A stretch of 32,000 bases of DNA from Candidatus Methylomirabilis oxygeniifera (GTDB taxonomy: Bacteria > Methylomirabilota > Methylomirabilia > Methylomirabilales > Methylomirabilaceae), in contig FP565575.1 of assembly GCA_000091165.1 (NCBI GenBank), positions 900,001-932,000 on the forward strand, read 5' to 3'. Positions 1 through 10,602 of this stretch are shown piece by piece. How positions within the stretch are numbered: position 1 is the first letter of the stretch; each line of letters opens with the position of its first letter. The translations under genes and the position numbers were made by a program. The notes below the pieces were generated by a model, which was given only the letters and a program-made list of their open reading frames with translations, was not told the DNA's origin and ran no database searches.

Positions 1-737
1 GAGACGGGTATCTCGATAAGTCGGTGTTGCGGAAGAGTGTCCCGTAGCCGAGTCAGAGGTCTGCCCGGATTACGGTGCGCCGGGGTTGATAGATACCCGA
101 AAAGTTGATTCGGAAGCGAGGAGTCAACAAGAAATCCTGCATTTGTTACTGCTGCAGCACTCTGCGAATCAATGTGAAGGAAAGGAGCGCGGAAGGCGCG
201 TATCGGGACGCCCACGAGGTCCTCAAGCATCTCTTTCGCCTTCCGAACCGTGTCCTCTTTCTCCGTCCTCCCATAAACGGTTGGAGGGCGAGGAATCGTG
301 TCATCGATCCGGTAAGGGCCCCCATAACTCTCATGTGCCAGGCCGTGACACCCTATCTCATGCCCGCGTCGCGCCACCTCAAGCACCGTGTCGCCAGCCA
401 AACGGGCCAGGATACCTTCGGTGAAGAAGGTCCCGCGGACTCCATGAGCGTCCAGGAGATTCAAGAGAGATGGGAGGCCCTCCTCAATGCCGCGGAGAGT
501 TCGCGTATCCCAGGAACCTGCCTCCCAAGGAGGATCGAGTTCGAGATCGCAAGTGAAGATCAGTGAGATCGTCTCCTGACCGGACGGTTTCTTTGAAGTG
601 TGCGTCCGAATGAAACAGCCTCTAAGGAGCTGCAGCCACCAGTGTGGATTCACATAGGCATTTCCATAAGGCTGCCAGATCGTTAGGGCGCGAAGATTCC
701 GTTTGATCTCGCGTAGACGGACATTGAGAGATCTCAC
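1..737 (-). CDS. Polysaccharide deacetylase family protein (C-terminus cut by window edge)
   Basis: Not in the ORF track because it runs off the window. Reverse-strand reading frame gives ...ISLIFTCDLELDPPWEAGSWDTRTLRGIEEGLPSLLNLLDAHGVRGTFFTEGILARLAGDTVLEVARRGHEIGCHGLAHESYG...AFRAPF, with deacetylase-type TCDLE, GTFFTxG, GHEIGCHG and FRAP motifs. In-frame TGA upstream; GTG start near 737 is a guess. Confidence 0.85.
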   Translation of the reverse strand, partial: MRSLNVRLREIKRNLRALTIWQPYGNAYVNPHWWLQLLRGCFIRTHTSKKPSGQETISLIFTCDLELDPPWEAGSWDTRTLRGIEEGLPSLLNLLDAHGVRGTFFTEGILARLAGDTVLEVARRGHEIGCHGLAHESYGGPYRIDDTIPRPPTVYGRTEKEDTVRKAKEMLEDLVGVPIRAFRAPFLHIDSQSAAAVTNAGFLVDSSLPNQLFGYLSTPAHRNPGRPLTRLRDTLPQHRLIEIPV

Positions 738-860
738 ATTAATCGCCTTGAGTGCAGTATATAGTATCGCACTGGATTCTCAGGAGCAAGAACCTGAACG
801 GGACCTAAAGATCACCGTGATCCTTTCTGCCATCGCCTGATCGAGGACTACAAGACTCTC

Positions 861-2162
861 TCAATGCGGCTGTGCGAGAACGGCCGGGTAAGGAGCTATA
901 GGGAAGCACCCGTCATTAAGCAGCTCGGCGTATACCGCCTCTGCGCGATCTACCATCGTTTCGAACTTGAAGCACTCCAGGGACCGGTTTTGGCTCAGTC
1001 TGGCTCGGGCGGCAGCCGCTGTAGGATCCGACAGTACCGCAAGGATGCCGCCGGCGAGTGCGGCAGCGTCTCCCGGCGGGACCAGGACTGCGCCGTTCGC
1101 AACAATCTCAGGTATGCCGCCCACGGTGGTCGCTACGATCGGAGTCCCGGCTGCCGCTGCCTCCAGCACTACATACGAAAATACCTCGGATAAGGATGGG
1201 ATAACGATGACATCGGTTTCAGCGTACAATTTCGCCAGGTGAGACCGCGGTCGAAAGCCGATGAACCGAGTTATCCTCATTAGCCCCAGGGAGGTACACA
1301 ATTGCTCGAGTGCGGGCCGATAGGGACCATCGCCCGCTATCGTGATGATCAGGTCCGGGAACGCTCGACGAATCTGAGGGATCGCTTCGAGTAGATACTG
1401 CACACCCTTGCCCGCTACCAGTCGACCCACATACAGCAGATGAGGACCAGGTTGTCCAAACCGAGGTTCTCGTGGACGAAGAGCGAAGTTGTTTTGTGGA
1501 AGACCATGCGGGATAACTACGATTCGATCGGTGGGAAACCCGGACTCTCTCAGGCTCCGCGCGAGCGTGCTGCTGGGGGCGATAAACCGGGCAACCCCCT
1601 GGAGAAGATGCCGACGTGCTCTCCATGCTCTACGGAGAACGAGGTTCACAAACGGTACAGGAAGGCGAACCCCCATCTTGTCCCTGAGTCCTCGCGCCAG
1701 ACAAGGCGCACAGATCTCCGATGCGTAGCGTTGGCGACAACTCCCGTCCTCATTGTAACAGAGCTGTTGGCGGAGGCAGACCGGCCAATAGGTATGCAGC
1801 GTCGCGAGTACAGGGATCCGGAGGCGGTTCGCCGCGGCAATCGGTGCAAATGAAAGATTGAAAAAGGAGTGCAAATGGACGATATCAGGAGGCCAAGCGC
1901 GGAAAATGCGAAGGGTTGAAAGATATACGACTGGATCAAATTGGAAAAGTTTCGTCAGCAAAATCGGGAAGGCAGTCTTCGTTGAGAAGATTGCCTCGAC
2001 CCCTGGAGGTTGGATTGGCACGTTTGGAGATCGCCCGGTCAGGAGAGCAATCCCATGCCTGCGCTTGCTGAGTGCCTGCATCAAACTCAGAACGTGAAGC
2101 TCCGCCCCTCCGCATGGCTTGCTGGGTCCGCCGAGGCTACCTGTAACCATCATAATGCGCAT
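861..2162 (-). CDS. Glycosyltransferase family 4 (GT-B) protein
   Basis: 433-aa ORF; GGAELHVLSLMQAL N-terminus, DIVHLHS, LLYVGRLVAGKGVQYLLEA, IAGDGPYRPALE, VIPSLSEVFSYVVLEAAAAGTPIVATTVGGIPEIV. Confidence 0.92.
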   Translation of the reverse strand: MRIMMVTGSLGGPSKPCGGAELHVLSLMQALSKRRHGIALLTGRSPNVPIQPPGVEAIFSTKTAFPILLTKLFQFDPVVYLSTLRIFRAWPPDIVHLHSFFNLSFAPIAAANRLRIPVLATLHTYWPVCLRQQLCYNEDGSCRQRYASEICAPCLARGLRDKMGVRLPVPFVNLVLRRAWRARRHLLQGVARFIAPSSTLARSLRESGFPTDRIVVIPHGLPQNNFALRPREPRFGQPGPHLLYVGRLVAGKGVQYLLEAIPQIRRAFPDLIITIAGDGPYRPALEQLCTSLGLMRITRFIGFRPRSHLAKLYAETDVIVIPSLSEVFSYVVLEAAAAGTPIVATTVGGIPEIVANGAVLVPPGDAAALAGGILAVLSDPTAAAARARLSQNRSLECFKFETMVDRAEAVYAELLNDGCFPIAPYPAVLAQPH

Positions 2163-2493
2163 GCCGTCCCTCCCGATCTTTCAGCGATTCCGAATACGTC
2201 GTCGGCCAGCATCGCGGACCATTCCTTCAAGCTTTCTGAGGAACGATTCAGGATCGTAGTGCCTTCAGCCGAGGGCAAGCACGTAAAGGCCTCTCTTGAA
2301 TATTGTATGGGTGTACTACGCCCACGCTGAGTCCCACCCCAACGAACAAGAGAGCTGACCATGACCATAAAAGGGGTCTGCTCCGGTTTCTGTCTTACCC
2401 ACGCTCAGACCGGAGGACTCACACAAAGAGTGGAAGAGCCGAAATGAGGTTGACTAAGCTTGCATAGCATACTATCTTCGACCTGGCAAGTAG

Positions 2494-2985
2494 TTGTCAG
2501 CAGGGAACAGATCATGCGACGACATGGGAAGGATAGTGATGGGTGCATTCAATCATCGTGATTCGCGGCATGGTCATGCGCTGATACAGGAACTTGCCGT
2601 AGTCCGAAAGACGCTTGGCCGACTCGACGCCAAACTGCAGGAGAGCGATAGTGAACATGTCCCCAAAGAGGATGATCGTGAGCTTCGCCTTGCGCTGCAG
2701 CGTATTGATGATGACCGGTTGACTCAACTGGCGCTGGACTATGCTGTCTGCGTCCGTGGGCTTACCGCGCCGATGGTCTCGCGCGCCTGGAAAGGGGAGC
2801 TGACGGAGGAGGTCAAAGAGGCTCACCGTCTCCTCCTGAGCCGTCTACAGACGCTGGAGCGCCTGGCCGGATCCCCTGTGGGACGCCTGTGGCTGTGGCT
2901 GCAGGCCCGCCTGCGCCGAGTCTTCCGTAAGCCTGCCCATGTGCAGAGCCTGCCTTCGTCAGGGACGAACGGCAACCGTAGGTAG
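2494..2985 (+). CDS. Hypothetical protein, helical, charged
   Basis: 163-aa ORF, longest on either strand in its region; TTG at 2494 or ATG at 2524 possible as start. No family recognised. Confidence 0.55.
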   Translation: MSAGNRSCDDMGRIVMGAFNHRDSRHGHALIQELAVVRKTLGRLDAKLQESDSEHVPKEDDRELRLALQRIDDDRLTQLALDYAVCVRGLTAPMVSRAWKGELTEEVKEAHRLLLSRLQTLERLAGSPVGRLWLWLQARLRRVFRKPAHVQSLPSSGTNGNRR

Positions 2986-3078
2986 TGGCGCTAAACCGAG
3001 CATTCCGGCTGGGATGACCGTCCGGGGAACAATCGGAGGATCGGAGAAACTGACCGTGGCGGGAACCACATCGGTACG

Positions 3079-3777
3079 ATGATAGGAAGACTGATCCGGT
3101 GGCTGATCGTTTTTCCGCTCCTGGGCCTTCTACTCTATGTCGGTCACCCGTTTCTCTTGAGAGCGATGGGTCGCTATCTGATCACGGAGGATCGTCTGCA
3201 AAAGGCTGAGGCGATCGCGGTCCTGGCCGGAGACGGAGGTGTTGGTCGCACGCTCGAGGCGGTGAGGCTTTACCAGGACGGTTATGCGCCACGGATCATT
3301 CTGACCCGCCAGCGTCTGCCGACAGGGTACGAAGCATTAACACGGCTGGGCATTACTGTACCGGAAGAGCGGCATATTCAGTGGATGGTGCTTAAGGCGA
3401 TGCGGGTGCCCGTCACCGCTGTTCTTCAGGTCAACGAGCGATCCGATAGTACTGCAAGCGAGATGGTCCATCTCGTACGCCTGCTCAAGGAGCACCGGAT
3501 ACGAACCATTATCCTTGTGACGAATAAATCGCATTCGACACGGGCAAGCAAGATTCTAGCCAGAGTGTCCAGAAATAACCTTACGAGCATCAGCCGACCC
3601 ACCCGCTATGATACCTTTGATCCGGACGGCTGGTGGCGTTCCCGCGCTGATGCGAGAGACGTGCTATTTGAATATCTGAAGCTGCTCGACTATCTCGTGC
3701 AGACGGTCAGTGGTGGTCTGATCGGGCGGTTCAGTGATGCAAAGTCACCGATCGTTCCGGGGGAGGCCACCTTTTAA
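3079..3777 (+). CDS. YdcF/ElyC/SanA-like (DUF218) protein
   Basis: 232 aa; N-terminal TM segment then AEAIAVLAGDGGVGRTLEAVRLYQDGYAPRIILT...STASEMVHLVRLLKEHRIRTIILVTNKSHSTRA, typical DUF218 layout. Confidence 0.85.
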   Translation: MIGRLIRWLIVFPLLGLLLYVGHPFLLRAMGRYLITEDRLQKAEAIAVLAGDGGVGRTLEAVRLYQDGYAPRIILTRQRLPTGYEALTRLGITVPEERHIQWMVLKAMRVPVTAVLQVNERSDSTASEMVHLVRLLKEHRIRTIILVTNKSHSTRASKILARVSRNNLTSISRPTRYDTFDPDGWWRSRADARDVLFEYLKLLDYLVQTVSGGLIGRFSDAKSPIVPGEATF

Positions 3778-3842
3778 AAATCAGGCGTTCAGTCGGGTCT
3801 CTACGACAGTGTAAAACCGTTGACGAATGGAGGGGTAGAGCT

Positions 3843-4304
3843 ATGCAAGAGAAGCGAGGGATGTTTGATACGATTTTCGGGGCGTTGGGATCGAACAGCC
3901 AGGAGCCGATGCCGCAGGCTCCACTGATGGAGATGTCGAGGAATGCGTTTGTCGTCGGCGAGAAGATTCAGATTCGCGGGGAGCTGACCGGTGAAGGCGA
4001 TCTTCAGCTTATGGGCGGGTTTCACGGGACTATTGATCTTACGGGAACGATTGTCATCGGAGAGTCGGCCCAGGTCGAGGCTGATATCGCGGCCACCAAC
4101 ATCATTGTCGGCGGCCACGTCAAAGGCAATCTGATCGCCAGCGGACGGGTCGATCTGCTGCCTACCGGCAGCGTGACGGGTAACGTGAAGACAGGCAGTA
4201 TCGCCGCCGCAGAGGGCGCCTCCTTGCATGGCGAGATCGAGATCAATCGCCGCCAGGCGGCTGGCCAGGTTCAGATGGAGAAGGATCGGATCGGTTCATT
4301 CTAG
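3843..4304 (+). CDS. Bactofilin family polymer-forming protein
   Basis: 153 aa; repeated beta-helix pattern FVVGEKIQIRGELTGEGDLQLMGGFHGTIDLTGTIVIGESAQVEADIAATNIIVGGHVKGNLIASGRVDLLPTGSVTGNV. Confidence 0.9.
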   Translation: MQEKRGMFDTIFGALGSNSQEPMPQAPLMEMSRNAFVVGEKIQIRGELTGEGDLQLMGGFHGTIDLTGTIVIGESAQVEADIAATNIIVGGHVKGNLIASGRVDLLPTGSVTGNVKTGSIAAAEGASLHGEIEINRRQAAGQVQMEKDRIGSF

Positions 4305-4359
4305 CTTGAGAGGCCCGGTTGCTCTCAGCCCCTGGCACCAGGCGTGATGGGGAGGGTGT

Positions 4360-6957
4360 ATGGCCTTTATGCGATTCGATAAATTTACCTTTAAGGCGCA
4401 GGAGGCGATTCAGCAGGCCCAGAAGCTGGCTGAGCAGCTGGAGCATCAGGCAATTGATGTTGAGCACCTGTTGTTAGCGCTTGTACAACAGGCGGAAGGG
4501 GTCGTCCAGCCGATTCTGGGAAAGATGGGGACTGACCCCCGTCAGGTCGCCTCCAGACTCACAGAGGAACTGAAGCGACTTCCCAGGGTCTCCGGGCTTC
4601 CACCAGGCCAGGTCCATATCACTCCACGTCTTGAAAAGGTGCTGAGCGCCGCGCTGTCTGAGGCGGAACGCTTGAAAGATGAGTACGTCAGCACCGAGCA
4701 TCTGCTTCTGGCGATTGCCGACGCGGGCGGTGGCGCCGTCGGGAGGGTCCTGCGCGAGGCTGGGATTACAAAAGACACTATTTACGCAGCTTTGCAGGAG
4801 GTTCGCGGCAGCCAGCGAGTCACCGATCAGGTTCCGGAGGAAAAGTACCAGGCGTTGGAACGGTACGCCCGCGATCTCACCGATCTGGCCAGAAAAGGGA
4901 AGCTGGACCCGGTCATCGGTCGAGACGATGAGATCCGTCGAGTGGTTCAGGTCCTGGCGCGCCGAACCAAAAACAACCCGGTTCTCATTGGTGAGCCCGG
5001 CGTGGGGAAGACCGCCATCGTAGAAGGACTGGCGCAGCGAATCGTCAATGGCGACGTACCGGAGTCGTTGAAGAATAAGCGTGTGCTGGCGCTGGATATT
5101 GGCGCACTGGTGGCCGGGAGTAAGTACCGCGGGGAGTTCGAAGACCGGCTGAAGGCGGTCCTTCGGGAGGTGACCGAGCAGCAGGGTCAGATTGTTCTCT
5201 TCATCGATGAACTCCATACCCTTGTTGGAGCCGGCGCTGCTGAAGGGGCCGTGGATGCCTCGAACATGCTCAAGCCGGCGCTGGCTCGAGGAGAGCTTCG
5301 GTGTGTGGGGGCTACGACACTGGACGAATACCACAAGCGGGTAGAGAAAGACGCAGCGCTAGAACGGCGCTTCCAACCGGTCCTGGTCGGCGAGCCGTCG
5401 GTAGAAGATAGCATCTCGATTCTTCGCGGGCTGAAGGAACGGTACGAGGTGCACCACGGTGTAAGGATCAGGGACTCGGCGCTGGTGGCGGCCGCCATCT
5501 TAAGCAACCGGTACATCACCGACCGGTTCTTGCCGGACAAAGCGATCGACCTGATCGATGAGGCGGCGTCTCGTCTGCGGATGGAGATCGACAGCATGCC
5601 GACGGAGCTGGACGAGCTCAGTCGGCGAATACGACAGATCGAGGTCGAATACCACGCTCTGAAGAAGGAGACCGATTCAGAGTCGCAGGAACGCCTCGCG
5701 CGTCTGGCCGACGAGCTCGTGGAGATCCGGATCAAGGAGGAAGGTCTCAAGACCCGCTGGGAGCAGGAGAAGGGATTCATCCAGCGAATCAGGGGCCTCA
5801 AGGAGCGGATCGAGGCGGCGAAGGTGCAGGAGCAGATGGCGGAGCGACAGGGCGATCTGGGAAAGGTCGCCGAACTCCGCTATGGTGTGGTTACATTGCT
5901 GCAAAAGGAGTTGGAAAGCGAAAAGCGCGGGCTGGAACAGGTCCAGCAGGTTGGCGCCATGCTCAAGGAGGAGGTAGACGAGGAAGATGTCGCCCAAGTC
6001 GTCTCTAAGTGGACCGGGGTTCCGGTTGCCAGGATGCTGGAAGGCGAAACCCAGAAGCTCCTGACCATGGAGGAGAAGCTCAGGGAGCGAGTGGTGGGGC
6101 AGTACGAGGCGATTGGCGCAGTGAGTGACGCGATCCGGCGCGCCCGCTCCGGGCTTCAGGATCCGAACCGGCCGATCGGCTCCTTCATGTTCCTGGGGCC
6201 GACGGGTGTTGGAAAGACCGAGCTGGCCCGGGCATTGGCCGCGTTCCTGTTCGACGACGAGCGGGCGATGATTCGCCTGGACATGAGCGAGTACATGGAG
6301 AAGCATACCGTCTCTCGCCTCATCGGCGCGCCGCCTGGCTACGTCGGGTTCGAGGAGGGGGGACAGCTCACTGAGGCGGTTCGGCGTCGCCCCTACTGCG
6401 TCCTGCTCCTGGACGAGATCGAAAAGGCCCACACCGATGTCTTCAATATCCTGCTGCAGATTCTGGATGATGGACGGCTGACCGATGGGCAGGGGCGAAC
6501 CGTGGACTTCAAAAACACGATCATCATCATGACCAGCAACCTGGGGAGTCAGGTCATTCAGGAGTTAGGCGGTCGCGATGATGAGGAGATGCGTCGGCGA
6601 GTACTGGAGGCCGTAAGAACTCACTTTCGGCCGGAGTTCCTGAACCGAGTAGACGAGATACTGATTTTCCACACTCTCTCGCTGGCTCAGATCAAAGCGA
6701 TTGTGGAGATCCAGCTCAGGCGGGTGGGGAAGCGGCTTGTCGAGCGGAAGCTCGATCTTGAGGTCACGGATGCGGCAAAGGACTTTCTGGCCAAAGAAGG
6801 ATACGATCCGGTCTTTGGGGCGAGACCGCTCAGGCGAGCCATCCAGCGAGCGCTGTTGGATCCCTTGGCGCGTCGTCTGTTGGAGCATGAGTTTGCCGAA
6901 GGCGACACCGTGAGGGTCGATGCGGCTCGCGGAGAACTGATCCTGAGTAAGGATTGA
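4360..6957 (+). CDS. clpB: ATP-dependent chaperone ClpB
   Basis: 865 aa; Clp_N domain, two Walker A ([16 protein letters not shown]), middle coiled coil, [42 protein letters not shown]. Start could be ATG at 4369 (MRFDKFTF). Confidence 0.97.
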   Translation: MAFMRFDKFTFKAQEAIQQAQKLAEQLEHQAIDVEHLLLALVQQAEGVVQPILGKMGTDPRQVASRLTEELKRLPRVSGLPPGQVHITPRLEKVLSAALSEAERLKDEYVSTEHLLLAIADAGGGAVGRVLREAGITKDTIYAALQEVRGSQRVTDQVPEEKYQALERYARDLTDLARKGKLDPVIGRDDEIRRVVQVLARRTKNNPVLIGEPGVGKTAIVEGLAQRIVNGDVPESLKNKRVLALDIGALVAGSKYRGEFEDRLKAVLREVTEQQGQIVLFIDELHTLVGAGAAEGAVDASNMLKPALARGELRCVGATTLDEYHKRVEKDAALERRFQPVLVGEPSVEDSISILRGLKERYEVHHGVRIRDSALVAAAILSNRYITDRFLPDKAIDLIDEAASRLRMEIDSMPTELDELSRRIRQIEVEYHALKKETDSESQERLARLADELVEIRIKEEGLKTRWEQEKGFIQRIRGLKERIEAAKVQEQMAERQGDLGKVAELRYGVVTLLQKELESEKRGLEQVQQVGAMLKEEVDEEDVAQVVSKWTGVPVARMLEGETQKLLTMEEKLRERVVGQYEAIGAVSDAIRRARSGLQDPNRPIGSFMFLGPTGVGKTELARALAAFLFDDERAMIRLDMSEYMEKHTVSRLIGAPPGYVGFEEGGQLTEAVRRRPYCVLLLDEIEKAHTDVFNILLQILDDGRLTDGQGRTVDFKNTIIIMTSNLGSQVIQELGGRDDEEMRRRVLEAVRTHFRPEFLNRVDEILIFHTLSLAQIKAIVEIQLRRVGKRLVERKLDLEVTDAAKDFLAKEGYDPVFGARPLRRAIQRALLDPLARRLLEHEFAEGDTVRVDAARGELILSKD

Positions 6958-6967
6958 AAGTCCCCGT

Positions 6968-7057
6968 GTCATTGCGAGGCGAAGCCGAAGCAATCTCACA
7001 GTCCTTCAAGACAACGACGGTGAGATTGCCGCGCTCCCTCCGATCGCTCGCAATGAC
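6968..7057. repeat. Foldback intergenic repeat, copy A
   Basis: Perfect terminal inverted repeats GTCATTGCGAG (6968-6978) / CTCGCAATGAC (7047-7057), inner GCAATCTCAC / GTGAGATTGC. Same element family at 15491-15589. Confidence 0.85.
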
Positions 7058-7074
7058 GATGTGCAGAAGAGAGA

Positions 7075-7878
7075 ATGGAGAAGATGGCCCCCGTTGCCTA
7101 CATCGAACAGATCCGGAGACTCTACTCGATCGAGCCGCCCTACCAGTGGACGGTGAACCTGACGAGCCCCTGGACGCCAATGCCCAAGCCGGTCCGAGAG
7201 TGCCGGATCGCCCTGATCAGTTCCGGGGGGATTTATCACAAGAGCCAGGAGTCGTTTAACCCCATCAAGAACGATCTGACGTTTCGGGAAATCCCAAAAG
7301 ACGTACACCTGCCCGACCTCCGCATCTCGCACTACTCTAAGAACGCAAGGGACGTCAAAGACCTCAATACGATCTTTCCCCTTGATCGGTTCAGAGAGCT
7401 GGAGGCTCAAGGGCACATTGGCGAGCTGGCCTCCGTAGGCTTCACCTTCATGGGGCGGATCTTTAAGCGAACCCAGCTCCAGAAAGAGATGGCGCCGCAT
7501 CTCATCGGACGCCTGCGGGAACTCCAAGTCGATACGGCCTTCCTCGTCCCGGTCTGACAACTGTGCCACCAGTCCGTGGGACTGTTCGCCCGCGCCATCG
7601 AAGAGTCCGGCATCCCCACCGTCATGCTTTCCGCTGCCCTTGATATTACCTCCTCGGTCAAGCCGCCCCGCGCCGTCTTCGTGAACTTCCCCCTCGGTCA
7701 TCAGGCCGGCAAGTCGTTCGACCTAGAGGGGCAGACCCGGATCCTGCTCGACGCACTCCATCTACTCGAAACGGCAACTACTCCGGGGACACTCGTCCAA
7801 CTTCCATACAAGTGGGACGAAAACGATCCGCTGGATTCCTGGGAAGAGGAAGAGATGCTCCATCCTTCGCTGGTGTAA
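7075..7878 (+). CDS. Putative selenoprotein, glycine/sarcosine/betaine reductase selenoprotein B-like; UGA 7555-7557 read as Sec
   Basis: Track ORFs 7075..7557 and 7576..7878 are in the same frame, separated only by TGA 7555-7557. Conceptual readthrough: ...VDTAFLVPV-U-QLCHQSVGLFARAIEESGIPTVMLSAALDITSSVKPPRAVFVNFPLGHQAGKSFD... The second half has no start or RBS of its own at the right place. Start may be ATG 7084. Confidence 0.75.
7570..7584 (+). promoter_or_regulatory. Candidate bacterial SECIS hairpin
   Basis: CAGTCC-GTG-GGACTG, perfect 6-bp stem, loop starting with G, loop 18 nt downstream of the UGA. Confidence 0.55.
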
Positions 7879-7881
7879 CCC

Positions 7882-8685
7882 ATGCCAATAAACACGCCTG
7901 GGAGATTCAGGTGGGGGCTAACGGGCTTGGCGGTCGGTCTGATCATGATCGTACTTGCCGCGTGCCAGACTGTCCCCATCTCTGGACGCTCCCAGTTGCT
8001 GCTCGTGTCTGAGGCCGATGAGGTCCAGTTGGGGGTGCAGTCGTATCAGGAGATTCTCCGCCAATCCAAAGTCTCGACGGATCAGAAGGTACTCAAGATG
8101 GTACGCCGTGTCGGGATGCGGATTGCAACGGCAACAGGACGTACGGATCTGAAATGGGAGTTTACGGTTATTAAGGACGATCAGGTCAACGCCTTTGCGC
8201 TTCCCGGCGGCAAGGTGGCCGTCTACACCGGGTTGTTGCCCGTCACGCGGGACGAAACAGGTCTTGCGGTGGTGTTGGGACACGAGGTCGCCCATGCCGT
8301 TGCGCGCCATGGTGCGGAGCGGCTCACCCAAGAACTGGTCGTAAAGACCGGCCTCGAGGCAACTAAATTGGCCCTGTCGAATCGTGATCCGGACACGGTC
8401 AAAACGGTCAGCGCACTCCTCGGAGCGGGAGCGACCTACGGCTTGATCCTTCCATGGAGCCGAGCACAGGAATCAGAGGCGGATCGGCTTGGTCTCGTCT
8501 ATATGGCAAAGGCAGGCTATAATCCGCGCGCCGCTCGTGATCTGTGGACTCGTATGGCTGGGGTCTCCAAGGGGCAGGGACGTCCTTCGGAGTTCTTGTC
8601 GACCCATCCGTCGGAGGCGACACGAATCCGACAGATTACGGAGTGGTTGCCGGAGGCGCTCCAATATTACAAGCCCCGCCGTTGA
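7882..8685 (+). CDS. M48 family metalloprotease lipoprotein
   Basis: 267 aa; lipobox-like [56 protein letters not shown]. Confidence 0.93.
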   Translation: MPINTPGRFRWGLTGLAVGLIMIVLAACQTVPISGRSQLLLVSEADEVQLGVQSYQEILRQSKVSTDQKVLKMVRRVGMRIATATGRTDLKWEFTVIKDDQVNAFALPGGKVAVYTGLLPVTRDETGLAVVLGHEVAHAVARHGAERLTQELVVKTGLEATKLALSNRDPDTVKTVSALLGAGATYGLILPWSRAQESEADRLGLVYMAKAGYNPRAARDLWTRMAGVSKGQGRPSEFLSTHPSEATRIRQITEWLPEALQYYKPRR

Positions 8686-8756
8686 TGCGTGCGTCCATGA
8701 GCGCAAAAAGCCCTCGGACTCGGCCGTTTCACCGGCTTCAGACAACCCAATTTGCC

Positions 8757-8785
8757 TTGACAAGAAAAGGTCACAGGATTACTAT
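8757..8785 (+). promoter_or_regulatory. Sigma-70-type promoter for glyA
   Basis: TTGACA (8757-8762), 17-nt spacer, TACTAT (8780-8785), in the intergenic region 52 nt before the glyA start. Confidence 0.6.
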
Positions 8786-8836
8786 TCGTCTAAGTGTGAG
8801 TCGTCGTTATCTGTCGGTTATAGGGGGAGCCGGAGC

Positions 8837-10105
8837 GTGAAGCGCCTCATCGACGTTGATCCGGAGATCGCTGAAGTTATTCGGCTTGAGACCAACCGTC
8901 AGGCCACCAAGCTGGAGTTGATCGCCTCGGAGAATTTCGTCAGTCCGGCGGTCATGGAGGCGGCCGGTTCGACGCTGACCAACAAATATGCCGAGGGGTA
9001 CTCCGGACGACGCTACTACGGTGGGTGTGAGTTCGTCGACATGGCGGAGAATCTGGCGATCGAGCGAGCCAAGCGGCTTTTCGGCGCCGATCACGTGAAT
9101 GTCCAGCCACATTCCGGTACGCAGGCCAACATGGCCGTGTACTTTTCGGTTCTGGAGCCCGGGGATACCATTCTCGGGCTGAACCTGTCGCATGGGGGTC
9201 ATCTGTCCCATGGCAGTCCGGTGAACTTTTCCGGCCGCTTCTTCAAGGTGATTCCGTATGGTGTCAATAAGACGACGGAGCAGGTAGATTTTGACGTGCT
9301 CCGGTCGCTCGCCAGAACGCACCGACCCAAGCTGATTGTGGTCGGTGCCAGCGCCTACCCGAGGACTCTGGACTTTACGACGTTTAGTGAGATTGCGAAA
9401 GAGGTCGGCGCGCTCATCATGGCTGATATCGCGCACATTGCCGGGCTGATCGTCGCCAAGCTGCACCCAAGCCCCGTCCCCTACGCCGAGTTCGTCACGA
9501 CCACCACTCACAAGACGCTTCGGGGACCTCGAGGCGGGATGATCATGTGTAAGGCGGAGTACGCCCCGGTCCTGAACAAGCAGGTTTTTCCCGGGATGCA
9601 GGGCGGTCCGCTAATGCATATCATTGCAGCGAAGGCGGTGGCGTTTGCCGAGGCGCTCTCACCGGATTTCGCGTCGTATCAGCGCCAGATCGTGGCGAAT
9701 GCAAAGGTGTTGGGAGAAGCGCTGCAAGGCCACGGCTTTCGTCTGGTCTCCGGTGGAACGGATACCCATCTCCTGTTGATCGATCTGCGTGGGAAAGGGG
9801 TGACCGGAAAGGCGGCAGAAACTGCGCTGGATCAGGCCGGGATTACGGCGAATAAGAACGGTATCCCATTCGACGAGGAAAAGCCGACCGTCACCTCAGG
9901 TATCCGGATCGGGACGCCGGCCGTGACCACCCGAGGGATGCGGGAAGGCGAGATGAGAGAGATCGCAAATCTCATTGCCGACGTCCTGAAAGACGTATCG
10001 AACGCCGCGGCTCTGGCCGGAGTTGCGGTTCGGGTGAAAGAGCTTTGTGACTCCTTCCCATTGTACCGAGAGCAGCTTGCCCTCTCCTCTCCCCACCTTG
10101 TGTAG
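8837..10105 (+). CDS. glyA: Serine hydroxymethyltransferase
   Basis: [45 protein letters not shown]; [15 protein letters not shown]. The track ORF starts at 8489, but homology begins at the GTG at 8837, preceded by GGGGGAGC. Confidence 0.97.
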   Translation: MKRLIDVDPEIAEVIRLETNRQATKLELIASENFVSPAVMEAAGSTLTNKYAEGYSGRRYYGGCEFVDMAENLAIERAKRLFGADHVNVQPHSGTQANMAVYFSVLEPGDTILGLNLSHGGHLSHGSPVNFSGRFFKVIPYGVNKTTEQVDFDVLRSLARTHRPKLIVVGASAYPRTLDFTTFSEIAKEVGALIMADIAHIAGLIVAKLHPSPVPYAEFVTTTTHKTLRGPRGGMIMCKAEYAPVLNKQVFPGMQGGPLMHIIAAKAVAFAEALSPDFASYQRQIVANAKVLGEALQGHGFRLVSGGTDTHLLLIDLRGKGVTGKAAETALDQAGITANKNGIPFDEEKPTVTSGIRIGTPAVTTRGMREGEMREIANLIADVLKDVSNAAALAGVAVRVKELCDSFPLYREQLALSSPHLV

Positions 10106-10126
10106 GATCCTCCGAGGGACTCGCGT

Positions 10127-10600
10127 GTGAAGTGTCCCTACTGCGGCAGTCTCGAAGAAAAGGTCGTCGATTCTCGCGAGGGCAAGGACGGTGCAGTCGT
10201 CCGTCGTCGCCGCCAATGCCAACAGTGCCTGAAGCGTTTCACCACCTATGAGCGGATCGAGGAGATCCACTTCATGGTCATTAAGGCGGACGGCCGTCGG
10301 GAACCGTTCGATCGGCACAAGATTCTGTCGGGATTGCTCAAGGCGACCCAGAAACGGCCGGTCAGCGTCGTTCAGCTTGAGAAGATCGTAGATGAGATTG
10401 AGGGCCGCCTCGCAGAGAAAGCGGAGCGAGAGATGCCTTCTGCTGAGATCGGTGAGCTGATTATGGAGCGGCTCCACGAGATCGATGAGGTGGCGTACGT
10501 CCGTTTCGCATCGGTGTATCGTCAGTTCAAGGACGTCAGTCAGTTTGTCGAGGAGGTTAAGGGTCTCCGAGAAGGGGGGAGGCGTCGGGGTGCCCCGTAA
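10127..10600 (+). CDS. nrdR: Transcriptional repressor NrdR
   Basis: MKCPYCGSLEEKVVDSR...RRRRQCQQCLKRFTTYERIE; ATP-cone region; adjacent to glyA. Confidence 0.97.
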   Translation: MKCPYCGSLEEKVVDSREGKDGAVVRRRRQCQQCLKRFTTYERIEEIHFMVIKADGRREPFDRHKILSGLLKATQKRPVSVVQLEKIVDEIEGRLAEKAEREMPSAEIGELIMERLHEIDEVAYVRFASVYRQFKDVSQFVEEVKGLREGGRRRGAP

Positions 10601-10602
10601 AT

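Noticed and set aside
2450-2479. Possible promoter TTGACT-N18-TATCTT upstream of the 2494 ORF
   Set aside because: Weak elements, and the start codon of the downstream ORF is uncertain; insufficient support for a feature.
4474-6999. Large minus-strand ORFs 4474..5334, 5187..5801, 5677..6432 and 6565..6999
   Set aside because: All lie antisense to clpB, whose protein is unmistakable; low-complexity Arg/Ser-rich translations are typical of shadow ORFs in GC-rich DNA.
7555-7557. Explanation of the TGA as an ordinary nonsense mutation (pseudogene)
   Set aside because: Not excluded, but less favoured: the downstream frame is intact for about 106 codons up to its own TAA, and the stop sits exactly at the UxxC redox position with a SECIS-like hairpin beyond it.
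7006-7701. Minus-strand 231-aa ORF over the selenoprotein candidate
   Set aside because: The plus-strand reading has coherent conserved motifs on both sides of the UGA and this one does not. Its presence also does not explain the UGA.
8489-8836. 5' extension of the glyA ORF in the track
   Set aside because: SHMT homology begins at the GTG at 8837, and the region upstream contains a TTGACA-N17-TACTAT promoter, so the extension is non-coding.
8807-9511. Minus-strand 234-aa ORF over glyA, and similar ORFs at 9896..10477, 11007..11645, 11092..11823 and 13208..13819
   Set aside because: Shadows of glyA, nrdR, hemA and cobA-hemD; no recognisable motifs.
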